The position numbers were made by a program, and so were the translations under genes. From the NCBI GenBank assembly GCA_044507815.1, contig JBIQIX010000001.1, forward strand, positions 207,124 through 271,123: a DNA stretch of 64,000 nucleotides, read 5' to 3'. The stretch's first letter is position 1. Every line of letters begins with the position of its first letter. This DNA is from Flavobacteriales bacterium. Lineage in GTDB: Bacteria > Bacteroidota > Bacteroidia > Flavobacteriales_F > PHOS-HE28. This document shows positions 62,355 through 64,000 of this stretch, in pieces. The notes under the pieces are model-generated. The model had not been told where the DNA came from. It did not search any database and saw only the letters and a list, made by a program, of their open reading frames with translations.

Positions 62355-63353
62355 TTAGGCGCGGGCCTTGCGCCAGATGGAGCCGTTGCGCGTATCGAGG
62401 CGCTCCAGCTTGCCTTCCTTCACTTGGCCGTTGAGCTCGGCCGTGACCGCTTCCGGCGTGGTGGCCAACATCAGGGCGGCCTCCTGCGCGCACCAGCTGG
62501 GGTGCAGGGCGAAGAGCGCATCCACCGTGGTGGGCAGCGCGGCGGCTTGAACGCCCGGCGCGAGCTGCTTCAGGGCCTGCTCCATCTGCTCATAGGAGCG
62601 GGCACCGTACACCACCTGCCGCTGGCCTTCCGCGTTGCTGAAGAGCATGGTCGGGAAGCCGCGTACACCGGAGGCGCGTGCCAAGGCGAGGTCGGCCTTG
62701 AAGAGGGCATCGCCCGCGCCCTTCATATCGCTTTCCAGGCGCACGGGGTCCAGCCCCACTTGGGCCGCTGCCTCATTGATCACATCCTGTCGCGCGATGT
62801 TGCGCTTCTCCATGAAGACCATTTCGCGCATGCGGCGCATGAAGGCATGGGCCAGGTCCTTGTCCTGCAGTTCCGCGGCCTTGAAGGCGATGCTGGGCGG
62901 GTAGCTGCTGGCCAGGGGATCCTCCAACCACACATCGCCGATGATGGGCATCTTGTAGTGCTGGCTCATTTCATCCCAATGGGTGGCCACGTCGCCGGGC
63001 TTGCTGATGCCGCCGCCGTTGAAGCCATCCCAGCCGGGCAGCAGGCCGCCCATGTGGTATTGCATATCCACGGCCGCACCGTACTCCACCGCCAGGCGGC
63101 GCAGTTGCGGCTCGATGCCCCAGCAGCTGGAGCAGATGGGATCGGTGAAGTATTGGATGGTGACGGTGCTGCCGGCGGTGGGCTGCACGGGGGCCTCGTT
63201 CACCGCCTCTTGCGTGGCGGCACCGGCGACATCACAGGTTCCGGTCTCGATATCACAGATCAGGGGATTCTCGCTTTTCATGGTCTTATCAGGTGTTTGG
63301 GCGCATGCGCCGAACGTGGTGAGCAGAAGAAGAAAGGGGATATGGCGTGCCAT
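62355..63353 (-). CDS. DsbA/FrnE-like thioredoxin-fold oxidoreductase lipoprotein
   Basis: Lipobox …LLLLTTFGACAQ; CSSC active-site motif in …FTDPICSSCWGIEPQL…; FrnE-like helical insertion. Confidence 0.65.
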   Translation of the reverse strand: MARHIPFLLLLTTFGACAQTPDKTMKSENPLICDIETGTCDVAGAATQEAVNEAPVQPTAGSTVTIQYFTDPICSSCWGIEPQLRRLAVEYGAAVDMQYHMGGLLPGWDGFNGGGISKPGDVATHWDEMSQHYKMPIIGDVWLEDPLASSYPPSIAFKAAELQDKDLAHAFMRRMREMVFMEKRNIARQDVINEAAAQVGLDPVRLESDMKGAGDALFKADLALARASGVRGFPTMLFSNAEGQRQVVYGARSYEQMEQALKQLAPGVQAAALPTTVDALFALHPSWCAQEAALMLATTPEAVTAELNGQVKEGKLERLDTRNGSIWRKARA

Positions 63354-63384
63354 TTCGTTAACTTGCCCACAAAGGTCGCCCTCC

Positions 63385-63717
63385 ATGTCCGGCATATCAA
63401 TAAGTCAGAAAAAGCTGACCACTCCCCTACGCACCGCGGACTGCCCGGCGGAAGCCCTGCTGCAAAGCGTTTCGGGCAAGTGGAAACCGGGCATCATCCT
63501 GCTCGCCTCGCAGGGCCCCGTGCGTTTCAGCCAGCTGCTGCGCAAGCTGGAAGGCAGCAACAAGCAGTCCATCACCACGGCCCTGCGCGAGCTGGAGGAA
63601 GATGGCCTGCTGGATCGCGTGGTGATCCGCCTGAAGCCGTTGCACGTGGAGTACACGCTCACGCCGCTCGCGCTGCAGTTGGTGCCTTTGCTGAAGGGAA
63701 TGGAGGGGCTGGGGTGA
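63385..63717 (+). CDS. HxlR-family winged-helix transcriptional regulator
   Basis: …CPAEALLQSVSGKWKPGIILLASQGPVRFSQLLRKLEGSNKQSITTALRELEEDGLLDR… canonical HxlR; divergent from DsbA-like gene 31 bp away. Confidence 0.75.
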   Translation: MSGISISQKKLTTPLRTADCPAEALLQSVSGKWKPGIILLASQGPVRFSQLLRKLEGSNKQSITTALRELEEDGLLDRVVIRLKPLHVEYTLTPLALQLVPLLKGMEGLG

Positions 63718-64000
63718 GGGCGTACGTGTGGTCCTCCTTGCCTTGGTCGATCAACAATTCAACTTTGCTCCTGCTCCCCGCGACCGACGCACTTTTCGTC
63801 AACCACGTTCGGAAAAGATAGTGGCGGGGTGGTGTGTGATGGAGGCCTGTTGAGCTCGGATCACACTTTCAACTTGATGGCGAAGTTGGACGGGTGTTGC
63901 TCACTCAAGTTTACTCCGTCGCCTCCATCAGCACCGCGCACCTGTTCATTTCCGAGCTCCCGGTTTCGCATGGGCGACCACGCGGGTTGCCGATCCTTTC

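Noticed and set aside
63861-64000. Possible minus-strand gene 3' end running into the window edge (…GNEQVRGADGGDGVNLSEQHPSNFAIKLKV*)
   Set aside because: Only ~46 codons visible, no recognisable motif, cannot be distinguished from noise without the upstream sequence.
1-64000. CRISPR arrays, rRNA genes, integrase/att sites, riboswitch candidates upstream of the TonB receptor and mntR
   Set aside because: No regularly spaced repeat-spacer arrays, no rRNA-like conserved stretches, no tyrosine/serine recombinase ORFs. The receptor leader lacks cobalamin/Mn riboswitch consensus elements on inspection.

Overview
High-GC (~65%) chromosomal segment that looks Bacteroidetes-like. Evidence: T9SS (Por_Secre_tail-type) C-terminal tails on two secreted proteins, a gldB-gldC pair next to nadE, and a TAnnTTTG -7 promoter motif upstream of a tRNA. 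Most of the window is housekeeping. This includes LPS/Kdo genes, dtd-mazG, korAB, nadE, smpB, pyrD, HMG-CoA lyase, a mntR-mntH operon with a TonB-dependent receptor, and peptidases. There is one tRNA-Leu(CAG) and no rRNA or CRISPR.

The main accessory region is ~33.0-38.9 kb. It holds two translationally coupled paralogous secreted transglutaminase-like proteins. The second carries a low-GC (~50%) C-terminal extension. It is followed by two tandem paralogous zinc-ribbon mini-ORFs, another small ORF, a complete IS3-family element with terminal inverted repeats, and an XRE/S24 LexA-like regulator. I read this as a candidate polymorphic toxin/immunity-type cassette.

A second irregular region is 58.6-61.5 kb. 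It has two convergent HNH_2-type endonuclease genes, a frameshifted small gene and a RhuM-like gene remnant.

Two copies of a ~130-bp GC-rich intergenic repeat (4.57 kb and 56.97 kb) and a repeat-dense intergenic region (30.3-30.5 kb) are not explained by any gene.

The ORF track uses alternative start codons (e.g. TTG at 29216). Where a better ATG plus a signal peptide or conserved N-terminus was visible, I re-picked the start.
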